Assembly (NCBI GenBank): GCA_965601925.1
Contig: OZ271854.1
Location: 320,001 to 384,000 of the forward strand
From: Alkalispirochaeta sp.
Lineage (GTDB): Bacteria > Spirochaetota > Spirochaetia > DSM-27196 > Alkalispirochaetaceae
Length of the DNA stretch: 64,000 bases
Reading direction: 5' to 3'
A model generated the notes under the pieces. The model saw only the letters and a program-made list of their open reading frames with translations, did no database searches and was not told where the DNA came from. Shown in pieces: positions 61,593 through 64,000 of this stretch; positions within the stretch are counted from its first letter, which is position 1; every line of letters starts with the position of its first letter. The position numbers and the translations under genes were made by a program.

Positions 61593-62717
61593 TCAGAGCT
61601 CGACGTACACGCCGCTCTGGACTTGGAACACGGCAAAACCGACGCCCGTGGCGTCTCCTCTGCCGTCGAAGCTGATCGAACCGAGAGGGGTATCGACCGA
61701 CTCGGAGCGCAGCGCGTTCATGATCGCATCGGGATCGGTTGAGCCGGCGGCTTCAATCGCGTGTACGATGGCGAGCATGGCGGCGTACGCATTCATGAAG
61801 AAGGGGCCGGGCTCCTCGCCGTACGCGTCGATGTGCGCCTGTCGCGCCTCGTCGGCGATGGGGTTGCCGGCCGTATCCATGGGACCGGTGGCGTAGACGC
61901 CCTCGGCGTCGTCTCCGGCAACTCCGATAAACGCGTCGTCCTTAACGCCGTCACCGGAGAGGAAGGGCAGCTCGATTCCCTGGGTGCGCATCTGGCTTAC
62001 GAGTCGGGAGGCCTCGGGGTGGTATCCGCCGAAGATCACCGCCTCGGCGCCGGAAGCGGCTACACGGTTGATGATCGCGCTGTAATCCACTGCATTGACG
62101 GTAACGCCCTCGTACAGGAGCACCTCGACGCCGGGGTAGTTCGCCTCTAAGGAAGCACGCGCAAAGTCCGCGAGTCCGCGACCGTAGTCGCCGCCGTCGT
62201 GCAGGATCGCGACCGACGCTACACCGAGCCCTTCGGCGGCAAATTGCGCCTGCAACTCGCCCTGGGCGTCGTCCGGCGCGATCGTGCGGAAGAAGGAGGG
62301 AAACTCGCCGCTTTGCGTCAACGTCGGGCTGGTTGCGGACGGAGAGACGGCGATGATGTTCTCGCCGGTATAGATACCCAATGCGGATCGCGTAGCGCCC
62401 GAGCAGATATGTCCGAGTACGGCGGCGACGCCGTCACCGACCAGTTTCGCAGCAGTGTTCGTCGCGATGTCGGCCTGGCACTGATCGTCCTCGACGATGA
62501 GCTCTATCTGACGACCGAGTAGGCCCCCCTCGGCATTGACGCGCTCGGCGATAATCTCGGCGGCGTTTACCGTGGGCAGTCCGAAGGACGCCAAGTCTCC
62601 GCTATGCGCCCCGGCGACACCGATACGTATCGCTTCACTCTCGCCTTGTCCTCCCGCCGTAGCGACCGAAGCCACCAACGCCAGGGCAACGAATACCGTT
62701 ACCAATTTGTTTCCCAT
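61593..62717 (-). CDS. livK: Branched-chain amino acid ABC transporter substrate-binding protein
   Basis: AAGGAGG RBS; GHICSG, SPSAT and FFRT..PDD.QG motifs. Confidence 0.9.
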   Translation of the reverse strand: MGNKLVTVFVALALVASVATAGGQGESEAIRIGVAGAHSGDLASFGLPTVNAAEIIAERVNAEGGLLGRQIELIVEDDQCQADIATNTAAKLVGDGVAAVLGHICSGATRSALGIYTGENIIAVSPSATSPTLTQSGEFPSFFRTIAPDDAQGELQAQFAAEGLGVASVAILHDGGDYGRGLADFARASLEANYPGVEVLLYEGVTVNAVDYSAIINRVAASGAEAVIFGGYHPEASRLVSQMRTQGIELPFLSGDGVKDDAFIGVAGDDAEGVYATGPMDTAGNPIADEARQAHIDAYGEEPGPFFMNAYAAMLAIVHAIEAAGSTDPDAIMNALRSESVDTPLGSISFDGRGDATGVGFAVFQVQSGVYVEL

Positions 62718-62833
62718 GCCATTCCTCCTTAGAAAATATCCGGCATTATGCTGCAGAGCTCGGTCCTTATGCAAGGACCGGCCCTTTTTCATGAATAAAT
62801 ATACGTGCCCAAAAAAGCAATCGAGAAGATGCA

Positions 62834-63625
62834 TTAATTCAATCGCGCCTCGTCACTCTCCAGATCGCGATGGCGAATCTGGTGGAACCGATCTACGAGC
62901 CCGTCGACGGTGAGTTTTCGCTTCTCGTCGCCGGATACATCGAGAATAATCTCGCCGCCGTCCATCATAAGCAGTCGATTCCCGTAGTCGATCGCGTGTT
63001 GCATGTTGTGCGTGATCATCATGGTGGTCAGATCGTACTCGTCGACGTACCTCCGCGTAAGCTCCAGCACGAGCGCAGCGTTTTTCGGGTCGAGAGCGGC
63101 GGTATGCTCGTCCAAAAGAACGAGGGCGGGACGAGAGAGAACGGTCATCAGGAGCGTGAGCGCCTGGCGTTGCCCTCCCGAAAGAAGGCGCACGTTGTCT
63201 TTGAGACGATACTCCAGGCCCATCTGAAGATCGGCAAGTTGTTCGCGAAAAAAATCGCGTAGCTCCCGATTGAGACTGATCTTGAGGCCCTTGAATCCCT
63301 TTCGCCGGCAAATCGTCATATTGTCTTCCAGGGTCATGTTTCCGGCAGTTCCGAGCATGGGATTCTGGAAGATTCGTCCGATGGACTCGGCGCGCCGGTA
63401 CTCGCTCAAACGCGTCACATCTTCCTCCTGAAAGAGGATACGTCCGGCACTGGGTGGATAGGTGCCGGCCACTAGGTTGAACAATGTGCTCTTCCCGGCG
63501 CCGTTGCTCCCGATTACGGTGATGAAATCTCCCTCGGCGACGTCGAGGTCGGCGGGCCTAAGCGCGACGACCTCATTGACCGTCCCGGGATGAAACGTCT
63601 TTCCGACTCCGCGGAGGCGTATCAC
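62834..63625 (-). CDS. ABC transporter ATP-binding protein (putative aromatic amino acid transporter type)
   Basis: GSNGAGKST, LSGGQRQ and LLDEHTAALDP motifs. Confidence 0.88.
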   Translation of the reverse strand: MIRLRGVGKTFHPGTVNEVVALRPADLDVAEGDFITVIGSNGAGKSTLFNLVAGTYPPSAGRILFQEEDVTRLSEYRRAESIGRIFQNPMLGTAGNMTLEDNMTICRRKGFKGLKISLNRELRDFFREQLADLQMGLEYRLKDNVRLLSGGQRQALTLLMTVLSRPALVLLDEHTAALDPKNAALVLELTRRYVDEYDLTTMMITHNMQHAIDYGNRLLMMDGGEIILDVSGDEKRKLTVDGLVDRFHQIRHRDLESDEARLN

Positions 63626-64000
63626 GATGACTCCCCCTCGCCGAGTTTGGGTCGCGACGCATCGCGGAGGCTGCGTTTGAGGCGTGAGACCTCATTCCTT
63701 TGAGTGCGATATCGGCTCACGACGAGGGAGACGATGATGAGCAGTCCGGTAACGAGGCGCAGATCGTTGGGAGTGAGATCGATATAGTACCCGTAGTAGC
63801 GTCCCAGAAACATGATGCCCCGATAGACGATCGAGCCGAGAAGGACGCGGAGCGTCAGCACGCCGATTCGGTTGGAGCGCAGGAGAAACTCGCCGATCAT
63901 CACCGACGCGAGGCCGGCAATGATGATACTCTGTCCCATATTGACGTCTGCGAACCCCTGAAACTGGGCGGCGAAGGCACCGGAGACGGCGACAATGCCG
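63622..64000 (-). CDS. ABC transporter permease, 5' part outside the window
   Basis: QFQGFADVNMGQSIIIAGLASVMIGE...GSIVYR is typical of the permease paired with the adjacent ATPase. Confidence 0.8.
   Translation of the reverse strand, partial: GIVAVSGAFAAQFQGFADVNMGQSIIIAGLASVMIGEFLLRSNRIGVLTLRVLLGSIVYRGIMFLGRYYGYYIDLTPNDLRLVTGLLIIVSLVVSRYRTQRNEVSRLKRSLRDASRPKLGEGESS

Noticed and set aside
62761..62790. Hairpin CGGTCCTT-ATGC-AAGGACCG upstream of livK as an attenuator or riboswitch
   Set aside because: The T-tract is on the strand opposite to liv transcription, and no leader peptide or T-box motif was found.

Overview
GC-rich bacterial chromosomal window, most likely from a free-living spirochaete (inferred from the spirochaete/mitochondrial-type EF-G outside the str operon, the 'GQGE'-type N-termini of the solute-binding proteins and the gene content). 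It holds: (1) a housekeeping block (argA, trxA, a CNNM/CBS protein, an SDR); (2) a ~17.5 kb uronic-acid polysaccharide utilisation locus at 6.0-23.6 kb (two heparinase II/III-type lyases, GH2, sugar ABC transporter, two divergent GntR/LacI regulators, DEH-reductase-like SDR, 2-hydroxyacid dehydrogenase, PMI-like cupin); (3) an AmmeMemoRadiSam trio and leuS; (4) a ~3.4 kb AT-richer insert at 31.86-35.28 kb bracketed by a diverged direct duplication; (5) an EAL/SBP pair, an AraC regulator, an aroF-pheA fusion, carD-nth, fusA, an adenylate cyclase operon and a liv transporter. The insert carries an unannotated 48-aa peptide gene (hydrophobic core, C-terminal TNKWGG), a membrane HD-GYP phosphodiesterase and a DUF5317 protein with LspA-like aspartate motifs. 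This trio is the top finding: a candidate peptide-pheromone system wired to cyclic-dinucleotide breakdown. Other notable observations are a candidate sRNA with an anti-SD loop, a shared operator in the polysaccharide locus and several apparently leaderless promoters. All calls are by eye; no database searches were run.
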